Shown here: piece by piece, positions 49,995 to 57,725 of the stretch
Position numbering within the stretch: position 1 is the first letter of the stretch
How the letters are laid out: each line of letters opens with the position of its first letter
DNA from: a virus
DNA length: 57,776 nucleotides
IMG/VR virus record: IMGVR_UViG_3300045988_022519
Location: 1 to 57,776 of that record
Reading direction: 5' to 3' (one strand)
Made by a program: the position numbers and the translations under genes
The notes under the pieces: generated by a model
What the model saw: the letters and a program-made list of their open reading frames with translations, nothing else
What the model was told of the DNA's origin: nothing
Databases searched by the model: none

Positions 49995-50912
49995 TCAGAT
50001 GTGATCGTAAATAACGGAAGAGCCATCAAGATTGAAATTCAGCTTGATGCCCATCTTTCCGTCCCATGCGCAATCGTTTACCGAATCCCAAGCTTGACCA
50101 GAGTCATCAATAACACCAAAATCAACATAGGCGTCCTGATGATCAGCATCATACAGCCATCCGACAACACGGCTTGCTGGAGTCTGAGTGATACCCAGCC
50201 AATCATAAATATCGCTTAGGAACAAATATCCATGAGCATAAAGATAATCGTTCGCTTGGGACGCGACAGCCTCCAGATGAGCGACATTCAGTTCAGGATT
50301 ATTTTTGCACCAGAATGGAGAGAATTCATCGAAGAATGCCTGGGAGAAATCTGGCATATGATTGTCTACAGTTTTCTTCTTTTCGACAACCTTACCTTTC
50401 TCATCCTTGACTTCCTCAGTCAAGATCTCATTATAGAATTCACGATCCTTTTCGGCACCATACTCGTCACGAACATGAGCACGATAATCCATGAACTTGT
50501 TTGAGACAGCTGCGAATGCCGCACTCAGAGCAGCATTACGCTTCGACATGATATTATGAGCCGAGAGAATGCAGGTGATGCTCAGACCAGTCAGAATAAC
50601 TGTCGGCATATATAGACGTGCAAAGGAAATAGCACTCTTCATGTACACAACGGTCTTGTCCGAACGTTGCTTTTCGACAGGATATGTAAGAGTATCATCG
50701 TTCTCGACAGCCTGTTTAGCCATCTCAATCTTATTCATGTTTGCCTTATGTGTATCCAGAATGGAATCACAATGAAGCGTCGAGTTAACTGCAGTGGCAG
50801 TTGCACCGATGCCAGCTACAATGCCGACAGCGGTCAGGATTTCAGGAGAGTACTTCTTGGTGACGAGGATTACTCGATTGATTCCAAGAACCATTTGCTG
50901 TTTGATGCCCAT
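49995..50912 (-). CDS. Two-TM membrane protein, paralogue of 53096-53839
   Basis: Shared layout: N-terminal ...ILTAVGIVAGIGATA, then about 60 aa, then YMPTVILTGLSITCIL...SKRNAALSAAFAAVS (compare ILTALGCVGVVGVA ... YIPTILISSATIMCLV...SGRTAAYAGALALAQ). Confidence 0.65.
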   Translation of the reverse strand: MGIKQQMVLGINRVILVTKKYSPEILTAVGIVAGIGATATAVNSTLHCDSILDTHKANMNKIEMAKQAVENDDTLTYPVEKQRSDKTVVYMKSAISFARLYMPTVILTGLSITCILSAHNIMSKRNAALSAAFAAVSNKFMDYRAHVRDEYGAEKDREFYNEILTEEVKDEKGKVVEKKKTVDNHMPDFSQAFFDEFSPFWCKNNPELNVAHLEAVASQANDYLYAHGYLFLSDIYDWLGITQTPASRVVGWLYDADHQDAYVDFGVIDDSGQAWDSVNDCAWDGKMGIKLNFNLDGSSVIYDHI

Positions 50913-50926
50913 TTAAATATAACTCC

Positions 50927-51202
50927 TTAGTTGAGCGTTTTCAATTCTGCTGAACCATGTTCAGTCGTTTTAAATTCAAGGATCCGTCCATCATAGGTCA
51001 GAATAACCAAAGACCTTGGCAGATTCTTCGGATCATAAATGCGAAAGCGATACTCTCTTGCTTTTGGAACAAGTTCCGGAAAATATGATGCGAATCGATC
51101 CTTCCAAATCTTTAGAAGACTCTCTTCAGTTTTATCCTCATATGTTTCCGCAAGAAAATCATATACACCTGGTATTGTCGATGCGTTAGTATCAGTAATC
51201 AT
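50927..51202 (-). CDS. Hypothetical protein (91 aa)
   Basis: ORF, 4-nt overlap upstream. Confidence 0.55.
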   Translation of the reverse strand: MITDTNASTIPGVYDFLAETYEDKTEESLLKIWKDRFASYFPELVPKAREYRFRIYDPKNLPRSLVILTYDGRILEFKTTEHGSAELKTLN

Positions 51203-51360
51203 CCTTCTGGATGCTCCTTCCGGTATTTGCGAGCACTCTGCAATCGCATGAGAACTGCGAATACCTGCTTATCTGACATGTGATTTACTTTATGAGCCCA
51301 GCTGGGTGCGCTATAGAATTTAGTCAACTCTGCTCGGGCTTGTTCTGCGCTTACCATCAT
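51199..51360 (-). CDS. Small hypothetical protein (53 aa)
   Basis: Start reset to ATG 51360 (GAGGAG RBS, overlaps the stop of the upstream gene): MMVSAEQARAELTKFYSAPSWAHKVNHMSDKQVFAVLMRL... Confidence 0.5.
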   Translation of the reverse strand: MMVSAEQARAELTKFYSAPSWAHKVNHMSDKQVFAVLMRLQSARKYRKEHPEG

Positions 51361-51977
51361 ATCTCCTCGGTCGGCGGAAGTTCCATTAGCCATCCTTCTC
51401 GGATCTGACGGATCTGGGCACGTGCCATCGATCGCCATCCCCACTTTTCATCAGTAAATGTCGCTTGGGATCCTTTACCGATTGCGTGTAGAAAATCACC
51501 AACAGTGGCTTGTCCCTTACGCTCGATTAGTTCTGTCAAATATGTCAGAACCTCATCGGCTTGATCCCGGGATGGAGCAATGAAATTACTGAACTCGTGA
51601 GTATCTCGTTCACGTTGAGTAAGTTCGCGAAATCCGCGCTGCGACGATTGACGATTGCTGTAGTATTGACCATAGCTTGTGAATTCACGACGACTCGGAC
51701 GTGCTCCACGTGTCGGTGCATCGTTTCCATAAATAAGACGGTCCATACCTTTAGTGACAATATCATGCAGAAGATCCTTGCCGGTTGGGATGATGACATC
51801 ATAAATGATGCACGTCATCACATCCTTGACATCTCCACCCAGAAATGTCTCCGCAACCTTCTGGGCTTTGTTCTTCTTTTTCTCAACGAAATTGTTACCG
51901 ATCACTTTTCGATCTTCAGTTGAATCTTCAAGACCAAGAGCTTTACGGGAAATATCGATGTCTTTATTTTCAGACAT
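51357..51977 (-). CDS. Hypothetical protein (206 aa)
   Basis: ORF; no family named. Confidence 0.6.
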   Translation of the reverse strand: MSENKDIDISRKALGLEDSTEDRKVIGNNFVEKKKNKAQKVAETFLGGDVKDVMTCIIYDVIIPTGKDLLHDIVTKGMDRLIYGNDAPTRGARPSRREFTSYGQYYSNRQSSQRGFRELTQRERDTHEFSNFIAPSRDQADEVLTYLTELIERKGQATVGDFLHAIGKGSQATFTDEKWGWRSMARAQIRQIREGWLMELPPTEEI

Positions 51978-52077
51978 TGTAAAACCTTTCGGAATAGTTC
52001 ATGAAAAACTCCAAATGAGGAGCCATGACCGAAACAAGATCACAGCTCCTCATATTAAGCGATGAAAATATCGCGAA

Positions 52078-52557
52078 TCACTTCTGGAACGGATTATAAG
52101 CCTTGGAATCCGATTCCTGGATCTGACCAAAGACGGCATCAAGAGTCTTGCTGTGATCCTCGTCCTTCGGCATGATCTTCTCGAGAACCGCTCGGTTTGG
52201 CATAACGGAACGCATAAAGTTCATGATCGCACCTTCAGAAGCAGTGAGCTCGATGAACAGAATATCCCAACCATCGGATTCGAAGAAATATTTCTTTTCA
52301 TCTTCAGTCATTGGGCGGAATTCGGTGAATCCACTATCCTTATGAACCGGGAAGCCAATCGACATGTCGACAAAGCTCTTAAGAATATACATGAGATCTT
52401 CCGTGGAAGAATTCGGAGAGAAATTCTGCATCTTCTTCATAAGATCTTCATTGTTGACGATGTCAAGCAGCTGATTAATCGAGAGACGGAAAATAAGGTC
52501 GTAGGAAACGTTACGACCGTCAAGATCCTGATACTGAATAGTAGTCTTGTATGCCAT
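52078..52557 (-). CDS. Hypothetical protein (159 aa)
   Basis: ORF; no family named. Confidence 0.6.
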   Translation of the reverse strand: MAYKTTIQYQDLDGRNVSYDLIFRLSINQLLDIVNNEDLMKKMQNFSPNSSTEDLMYILKSFVDMSIGFPVHKDSGFTEFRPMTEDEKKYFFESDGWDILFIELTASEGAIMNFMRSVMPNRAVLEKIMPKDEDHSKTLDAVFGQIQESDSKAYNPFQK

Positions 52558-52580
52558 TGTAATTATCCTTTCAATATTTA

Positions 52581-52691
52581 TTAACTATTCTTGCGGAAGA
52601 AACGGAGTACGATCCATACCAACCACAAGCCACCTGTAAGACCAATCATTAAAAGGTCAAACAGAAAATTCATGATACCATAATGTTTCAT
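52581..52691 (-). CDS. Small membrane protein (36 aa)
   Basis: MKHYGIMNFLFDLLMIGLTGGLWLVWIVLRFFRKNS with AAGGAG RBS; below the ORF-track size cut-off. Confidence 0.45.
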   Translation of the reverse strand: MKHYGIMNFLFDLLMIGLTGGLWLVWIVLRFFRKNS

Positions 52692-52703
52692 TATAAGCTC
52701 CTT

Positions 52704-52737
52704 AAAATAAGAGCCCATGTAATGAACATGAGCTCTT
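52704..52737 (-). terminator. Hairpin terminator
   Basis: Minus strand AAGAGCUCAUG-UUCAUUA-CAUGGGCUCUU followed by AUUUU. Confidence 0.7.
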
Positions 52738-52744
52738 AGATTTT

Positions 52745-53008
52745 TCAATCTTCGTTCGATTCTTCCGAGTCGATGGATTCGTTATCTTCAGCAACTTCAG
52801 CTTTTGGAATATCCTTCGACTTCTGTTTGGTCATCTTCTCTTTAACGATATCGGATACACGAACCTTGACAATGGTTTCTGCAATAACACTTACTGCAAG
52901 AGCACCAAGTCCAAGGACCGCGTTTCCGGCATTCGCTCCGAGAGCGATGTCCTCCAGAGTTTTGGTCTTTCCAAGAGCTTTCGCTGCGATAGAAAATACA
53001 TTTGCCAT
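52745..53008 (-). CDS. Small membrane protein with acidic tail (87 aa)
   Basis: NAVLGLGALAVSVIAETIV hydrophobic core; TAAGGAG RBS. Confidence 0.6.
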   Translation of the reverse strand: MANVFSIAAKALGKTKTLEDIALGANAGNAVLGLGALAVSVIAETIVKVRVSDIVKEKMTKQKSKDIPKAEVAEDNESIDSEESNED

Positions 53009-53036
53009 AATAACTCCTTATAATAAAACGTATAGT

Positions 53037-53064
53037 TTCATTATAAGCAATGTTTTTACTGCGA
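53037..53064 (-). promoter_or_regulatory. Conserved 28-nt promoter-like motif
   Basis: Minus strand TCGCAGTAAAAACATTGCTTATAATGAA. Confidence 0.55.
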
Positions 53065-53095
53065 CATCAACTCTGCGAATTCGCTCCAGAAAATA

Positions 53096-53839
53096 TCAGT
53101 ATTTTCGTAGTGTGTCGGGGAAGGGAGGGTTTCGAAAGTTCATTACGATATTCGGATTGCCATTTTCATCGAGACGAGACGAGAACGTGATATCGATCAT
53201 GGTATCATAGTCCCATCCAAGTTCCTCTCCGATCTGAGCCGGAGGTAAACCAATCTCATCGTAGAACTCATTGAGAGAGCACCATCCTTCGGACAGGATC
53301 TTTTTGTTCTTACGATTCTGAGCGGCCTCGATCTTGTTCATGTCTGATGCGAACTTTCGATCAGTTAGACTGTCATAGCAAATATAAGGTCCAGTTCCGA
53401 AGACCGTTGGATTCTTCCCATCGATCTTTTTGATCTGTTCGTCAGCGACTTTGTCGTCGATTTCCTTTGCCTTCTTTGGACCAACAGTTTCCTCGACCTT
53501 TTCTCGATAGGTGCGTGCTGCCTCCTGGGCAAGAGCGAGTGCTCCAGCATATGCGGCAGTTCGTCCAGAAGATATACGATTCGATGCCACAAGGCACATA
53601 ATCGTTGCGCTGGAGATCAGGATCGTCGGAATATAGATCGGAACGACCAGCTTGGTCTTTTCCTTCGGGGTAAGCACCCTATCGGTTTCATACGTCTTCG
53701 CTCGAAGAACCTTATCTGCCTCTAGCGAATTCTTACCAGATACGATCGCCACTCCGACTACTCCGACACACCCCAGAGCCGTAAGAATATTTGAACCGTT
53801 CTCAGAAATGAACTTTTTGATCGAATGCGGGATTTCCAT
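53096..53839 (-). CDS. Two-TM membrane protein, paralogue of 49995-50912
   Basis: See 49995-50912; AAGGAG RBS. Confidence 0.65.
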   Translation of the reverse strand: MEIPHSIKKFISENGSNILTALGCVGVVGVAIVSGKNSLEADKVLRAKTYETDRVLTPKEKTKLVVPIYIPTILISSATIMCLVASNRISSGRTAAYAGALALAQEAARTYREKVEETVGPKKAKEIDDKVADEQIKKIDGKNPTVFGTGPYICYDSLTDRKFASDMNKIEAAQNRKNKKILSEGWCSLNEFYDEIGLPPAQIGEELGWDYDTMIDITFSSRLDENGNPNIVMNFRNPPFPDTLRKY

Positions 53840-53854
53840 GATTACTCCTTAGAC

Positions 53855-53888
53855 AAAATATAGGTCCCATGTTTCCATGAGACCTATA
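53855..53888 (-). terminator. 13-bp hairpin with GAAA tetraloop plus U-run
   Basis: Minus strand UAUAGGUCUCAUG-GAAA-CAUGGGACCUAUA followed by UUUUG; homologous element at 56283-56315. Confidence 0.65.
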
Positions 53889-53904
53889 GGTTTTGACTGA
53901 TTAT

Positions 53905-54093
53905 TCAGTCCTCGGTAATTTCGTTAACGTTGGTATCGTTTACATCTGCGGAATCGTCATCATCAGATACCAATTCAGCAGAGGCCTGAATCAATGCGAT
54001 AGTTGCAATGCAACCAAGCACGATTCCGCCACAAATGAAATCGGTCTTATGATCTTTGACGAATTTCTTAGCAGATTCAAACTTTTCCTTCAT
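53905..54093 (-). CDS. Small membrane protein with acidic tail (62 aa)
   Basis: Start reset to ATG 54093 (AAAGGAGTTATC-ATG): MKEKFESAKKFVKDHKTDFICGGIVLGCIATIALI... Confidence 0.55.
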   Translation of the reverse strand: MKEKFESAKKFVKDHKTDFICGGIVLGCIATIALIQASAELVSDDDDSADVNDTNVNEITED

Positions 54094-54124
54094 GATAACT
54101 CCTTTGTGAGAGGTTTGAATATCT

Positions 54125-54152
54125 TTCATTATGTGCCATGTTTTTATTGCGA
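54125..54152 (-). promoter_or_regulatory. Conserved 28-nt promoter-like motif
   Basis: Minus strand TCGCAATAAAAACATGGCACATAATGAA. Confidence 0.55.
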
Positions 54153-54154
54153 TT

Positions 54155-54658
54155 TCAAACAGCATCCTGTGTCTTGTAAGGCAAGAGAATATCATGTGTT
54201 CGGAATGTTGTCGAATCACTTACGGGAACATCAGTTTGAAGATACGATTTTCCATTTCTGGAAATATAATGGAAACATTTGTGGTTTCCATTATAGGTAA
54301 ACATGGCGCTGGACGTATTGTGTTCATTCTCGAAGTCTGGATCAAGTACCGATCCTATGCGAATATCATTCGATTCAAGATCATTCATGGCTATCAAACC
54401 TCGCCACATGATTGTCGAACTAACCGAGTTCGTATAATATACGGTTATATTCTTTTCAGTCAATATGATCTCATAAGTACATTCGGATGATCCATCATCG
54501 CAATGGTTATCATGATAGATCTGTGAATATACACCATAAATCGATTGCGCTGGAGCTTCAGATTTTTTTGCTTTGGGAAGAATACATGCAATCCCGAGAA
54601 AAGCGAGTACGAGTATTAATGTTAGAAACTTTTTAATGAATTTATGATTCTTATTCAA
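54155..54658 (-). CDS. Secreted protein / possible lipoprotein (167 aa)
   Basis: Signal-peptide-like MNKNHKFIKKFLTLILVLAFLGIAC with Cys after the hydrophobic core (imperfect lipobox). Confidence 0.55.
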   Translation of the reverse strand: MNKNHKFIKKFLTLILVLAFLGIACILPKAKKSEAPAQSIYGVYSQIYHDNHCDDGSSECTYEIILTEKNITVYYTNSVSSTIMWRGLIAMNDLESNDIRIGSVLDPDFENEHNTSSAMFTYNGNHKCFHYISRNGKSYLQTDVPVSDSTTFRTHDILLPYKTQDAV

Positions 54659-55133
54659 TTGGTGTTCCTTTCACATCAGCTCTGCATGTTTCGAAGCCAT
54701 ATGCATCCTCATATGCGTGGAATTTATACGAGAACGAAACGAGAGCGGCATAAAGATATGGAGCATATAAAGCAATCAAATCTTTATAATTAATCCATAA
54801 AATATGTTTTTCTTTTAATCGATCAAATTCTCGAACAATATCCTCGAATGGCTGACAATAATCGAACATTTCGATCGTTATTAGTCCATCGCGGTAATCG
54901 AAATATGAATTAATCGATGTTCGTAATGTACTCATTAGTTCTGGAAAGCACCGATCAAGAACCCATAGTTTCTGAGGTTCCATCAAATATCCGATTTTGA
55001 TCATGCGGAAATCTTCATTGTTATTTATACAATCTTCGCAGAATTCATCATATATATCCCAATCAGGAACAGCCCTAGGCACAAAAATATAATAGATGAG
55101 TATCCTAAAAATACGCATGATAACTCCTTTCAA
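54651..55133 (-). CDS. Hypothetical protein (160 aa)
   Basis: ORF. Confidence 0.55.
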   Translation of the reverse strand: MKGVIMRIFRILIYYIFVPRAVPDWDIYDEFCEDCINNNEDFRMIKIGYLMEPQKLWVLDRCFPELMSTLRTSINSYFDYRDGLITIEMFDYCQPFEDIVREFDRLKEKHILWINYKDLIALYAPYLYAALVSFSYKFHAYEDAYGFETCRADVKGTPIE

Positions 55134-55136
55134 ACA

Positions 55137-55334
55137 TCATTGATATTTCTGGATTACATCACAACTTCGTGTATAGTCGCCATTGTCAATGCAAACCCAA
55201 TCGATATCTCCCGTTTTGATATGTTCGACTTTATTTACATTATCTTCTTCGCCAAGATTAAAGGCAATCATCGTACCTAATCCCATTAACAACATTCCGG
55301 CAAGAAACCATGACAAACATGCCCAGATTTTCAT
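55137..55334 (-). CDS. Small membrane protein (65 aa)
   Basis: WACLSWFLAGMLLMGLGTMIAF TM. Confidence 0.55.
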   Translation of the reverse strand: MKIWACLSWFLAGMLLMGLGTMIAFNLGEEDNVNKVEHIKTGDIDWVCIDNGDYTRSCDVIQKYQ

Positions 55335-55480
55335 TCTGTTTCTCCTTCTATTATTTGACTTATTGCGACATGCTCTTTCTCATCGAGTTCTTCGAGCATT
55401 CGTGGATCATCCAATCGTATCATTATATCAATATCGCCATACATTGTTTGATGGGCTTTTATGACAGTTCCATTTATCAT
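55331..55480 (-). CDS. Small ORF (49 aa)
   Basis: MINGTVIKAHQTMYGDIDIMIRLDDPRMLEELDEKEHVAISQIIEGETE; ATGA overlaps at both ends fill an otherwise empty 140-nt gap. Confidence 0.45.
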   Translation of the reverse strand: MINGTVIKAHQTMYGDIDIMIRLDDPRMLEELDEKEHVAISQIIEGETE

Positions 55481-56064
55481 TTCTTAATTCCATTCATTTG
55501 TATGGATCGAATTATACCATTTGCGATCATTGACGGGTTTTTATTGGAATTATAAATACTTCTATCTATGACACATTTGTAAATATCCTTGTTTATATCA
55601 TGGTTTCTAAGTTCTGCAAAATCCTCTCGATCTGATTCGATTCGTCTATCGACTTCTTTCGGATCATCTCCTCGTGCAAGAGCACGCATCTGGCAAATCT
55701 CCTCGGGTGCATCTAAGAATACACCGAATACCGATTCTCCGATATCAGGAGCCAGATATTCAAACGATGATGGATCCAGGATCGTAACCGTATCGCGATC
55801 CTGCTGGAATTCCTTCATCGAGATTCCGTATCGCCAGATTCCGAACTTCGTAGAATATACACGAATCGCCCGAACATCATCCCAAATCACAGCGGATTTG
55901 AATCCTTCATTATCCGTGAAAAAATATTCGTCATCGGGTTCGTTAGGTCTTTTTGGTCGTGTTGTTATAGCTCTGGTTTTGACAAAACCATTTTTCGCCA
56001 ATTCATTGGCGATTGTTGTCTTCCCCGATCCCATTGGACCTATCAGGAAAATATCAGTTTTCAT
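55477..56064 (-). CDS. Guanylate kinase-like / dNMP kinase
   Basis: P-loop LIGPMGSGKTT and TTRPKRPNEPDDEYFF (guanylate kinase signature TTR.PR..E..G.dY.F). Confidence 0.7.
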   Translation of the reverse strand: MKTDIFLIGPMGSGKTTIANELAKNGFVKTRAITTRPKRPNEPDDEYFFTDNEGFKSAVIWDDVRAIRVYSTKFGIWRYGISMKEFQQDRDTVTILDPSSFEYLAPDIGESVFGVFLDAPEEICQMRALARGDDPKEVDRRIESDREDFAELRNHDINKDIYKCVIDRSIYNSNKNPSMIANGIIRSIQMNGIKK

Positions 56065-56266
56065 GATCTACTCCTTTGTATTTTCCGGTCAATGTATAAC
56101 TGAAATCTTTATCCGAACGATAGTTCGTGACTTTGAAGTCGCAGACCATTCCATTATCTAAATATACGATCACATTATTATATGCTCTAAGATGATAATG
56201 GGAACGTTGCTTCCAAAATCCTGGAAATATCTCTTCAAAACAACGGATGACCCTATAAGTCTGCAT
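56054..56266 (-). CDS. Hypothetical protein (70 aa)
   Basis: Start reset to ATG 56266 because the ORF-track ATG (56305) lies inside the hairpin at 56286-56315. Confidence 0.5.
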   Translation of the reverse strand: MQTYRVIRCFEEIFPGFWKQRSHYHLRAYNNVIVYLDNGMVCDFKVTNYRSDKDFSYTLTGKYKGVDHEN

Positions 56267-56282
56267 TTTTGATTCCTTAGAC

Positions 56283-56315
56283 AAATATAGATCCCATGTT
56301 TCCATGAGATCTATA
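56283..56315 (-). terminator. 13-bp hairpin with GAAA tetraloop (homologue of 53855-53888)
   Basis: Minus strand UAUAGAUCUCAUG-GAAA-CAUGGGAUCUAUA; differs from the other copy by one compensated base pair (G-C to A-U). Confidence 0.6.
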
Positions 56316-56341
56316 GATTAAACGATTGTCAGTAAATATGA

Positions 56342-56644
56342 TCAGGCTTTAGGTTTCGGAATGAATCCTAGAACTTTAGATGTAATCACATGTGATTCCT
56401 CAAATCCAAGCATGACGATGATTCCGAGCAAAGTGGTTCCAGCTGCAATCGACTTTACAATCGTGTCGTGCCTATCCGAGTTGTAATCTCGTTTGGCTTC
56501 GACAAGAGTCTTAATGTCACTTACCAACTTTCCACGTGCTTCGGAATCATCGTCAAGCGTATACAATTGAGAAATCAGCAACGTGATGTCATCATCAAAA
56601 TTCTGATTGATATCATTGCGATTGTCCTTATTGTTCTTGAACAT
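56342..56644 (-). CDS. C-terminally membrane-anchored hypothetical protein (100 aa)
   Basis: Start reset to ATG 56644 (GAAAGGAG RBS) because the ORF-track ATG is the ATG inside the TATAATGAAA promoter box. Confidence 0.55.
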   Translation of the reverse strand: MFKNNKDNRNDINQNFDDDITLLISQLYTLDDDSEARGKLVSDIKTLVEAKRDYNSDRHDTIVKSIAAGTTLLGIIVMLGFEESHVITSKVLGFIPKPKA

Positions 56645-56663
56645 ATTGCTCCTTTCAAATGAT

Positions 56664-56691
56664 TTCATTATATGCCATGAATATATCGCGA
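56664..56691 (-). promoter_or_regulatory. Conserved 28-nt promoter-like motif
   Basis: Minus strand TCGCGATATATTCATGGCATATAATGAA. Confidence 0.6.
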
Positions 56692-56692
56692 C

Positions 56693-56736
56693 AAAAATAA
56701 AAGCCCATGTAATTATTATAAACTACATGGGCTTTT
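56693..56736 (-). terminator. Hairpin terminator
   Basis: Minus strand AAAAGCCCAUGUA-loop-UACAUGGGCUUUU followed by AUUUUUGU. Confidence 0.75.
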
Positions 56737-56737
56737 A

Positions 56738-57073
56738 TTAGTTCTTATTATTCTTCAGCTCAGTGAAGGTGTCAACAATACGTTGAAATTCTTCATAGTC
56801 GAGAGGATTGAGAACGTCGTTCTCCTTGATCCATTTGATGGCTTCATCGATATGATCAGCATCCGGTACCGTGATCGCGATTTTTGCGGGATCGAGTACG
56901 TATGTCAGAGAATCTGCACAATCTGTAATATTGTTATCAAGATTCCTGATTTCACGAATCGCGAATGCAAAATATGCGATCCAAATACCAGCCGCTGCTG
57001 TTGCGGTGATTCCAAGAATATGGTCCTGGCAGAACTTGCTGACATTCCTCTTTACTTCATCGAACTTCTTCAT
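56738..57073 (-). CDS. Membrane protein (111 aa)
   Basis: TM ILGITATAAAGIWIAYFAFAI; AAAGGAGTTAATC-ATG. Confidence 0.6.
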   Translation of the reverse strand: MKKFDEVKRNVSKFCQDHILGITATAAAGIWIAYFAFAIREIRNLDNNITDCADSLTYVLDPAKIAITVPDADHIDEAIKWIKENDVLNPLDYEEFQRIVDTFTELKNNKN

Positions 57074-57105
57074 GATTAACTCCTTTGTAAGAGGTTTCGA
57101 ATAGT

Positions 57106-57133
57106 TTCATTATATGCAATGATTTTAATGCGA
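57106..57133 (-). promoter_or_regulatory. Conserved 28-nt promoter-like motif
   Basis: Minus strand TCGCATTAAAATCATTGCATATAATGAA; promoter plus leader 57071-57135 is near-identical to 57408-57472. Confidence 0.6.
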
Positions 57134-57161
57134 AAATAAAGAGGATTAAAATCGATTTTAA

Positions 57162-57410
57162 TTACCAACGTAAAATAGTGGAATTGGTCACATGACTTTC
57201 AATAGCCTGCTTCTCTTTTATTGAGATGTGGCGAACTGTGATAGAATTGCAACCATCACAATGTGTTATAGTAATTGAACATTTAGGTGCGATCAGCTTT
57301 ACATCCTTGATGAAACGTTCTATGGCATCTTCGTCGAAGCTAAACAGTACAATTTCTTCGGTATGCAGGTTATTCATGAAAATGGAAATTAGCTGAACAA
57401 TGTCGAACAT
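57162..57410 (-). CDS. Hypothetical protein (82 aa)
   Basis: ORF with AAAGGAGTTAATC-ATG. Confidence 0.6.
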   Translation of the reverse strand: MFDIVQLISIFMNNLHTEEIVLFSFDEDAIERFIKDVKLIAPKCSITITHCDGCNSITVRHISIKEKQAIESHVTNSTILRW

Positions 57411-57442
57411 GATTAACTCCTTTATAAGAGGTTTCGAATAGT

Positions 57443-57470
57443 TTCATTATATGCAATGATTTTAATGTGA
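57443..57470 (-). promoter_or_regulatory. Conserved 28-nt promoter-like motif
   Basis: Minus strand TCACATTAAAATCATTGCATATAATGAA. Confidence 0.55.
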
Positions 57471-57503
57471 AAGAAATAAGAAGCCATGTAAATATGGCTT
57501 CTT
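57471..57503 (-). terminator. Hairpin terminator
   Basis: Minus strand AAGAAGCCAU-AUUUAC-AUGGCUUCUU followed by AUUUCUUU. Confidence 0.7.
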
Positions 57504-57509
57504 ATAATC

Positions 57510-57725
57510 TTATAGAAGTGAGTAACCTACGTAATAACCCCACAAGATCAATGCTATCATTCCAACAGCCATAAACATTCGGATGATTTTGGCTCCGATT
57601 GTGATACGATACTTCAAAGCTACGAATGTATCTTTGATGAAAATATACACAGCTGGGATAAAGATCGTTCCGAGTGTAAATATAACTGCCGAACAAATAA
57701 CATAATAAATATATGCGGTTTCCAT
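57510..57725 (-). CDS. Two-TM small membrane protein (71 aa)
   Basis: METAYIYYVICSAVIFTLGTIFIPAVYIFI...IRMFMAVGMIALILWGYYVGY; its 5' end is duplicated at nt 1-48 by the terminal overlap. Confidence 0.6.
   Translation of the reverse strand: METAYIYYVICSAVIFTLGTIFIPAVYIFIKDTFVALKYRITIGAKIIRMFMAVGMIALILWGYYVGYSLL

Noticed and set aside
51199-51444. 81-aa ORF overlapping the end of 51357-51977 by 88 nt
   Set aside because: An internal ATG at 51360 has a GAGGAG RBS and overlaps the upstream stop codon, giving a conventional 53-aa coupled gene. The longer version was discarded.
56645-56668. ORF-track start of the 108-aa gene at 56668 (and likewise 56305 for the 83-aa gene and 49976 for the 357-aa gene)
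   Set aside because: The ATG at 56668 is the ATG inside the promoter box TATAATGAAA. The ATG at 56305 lies inside the GAAA-tetraloop hairpin, and 49976 lies inside a terminator stem. Downstream ATGs with proper Shine-Dalgarno sites were used instead.
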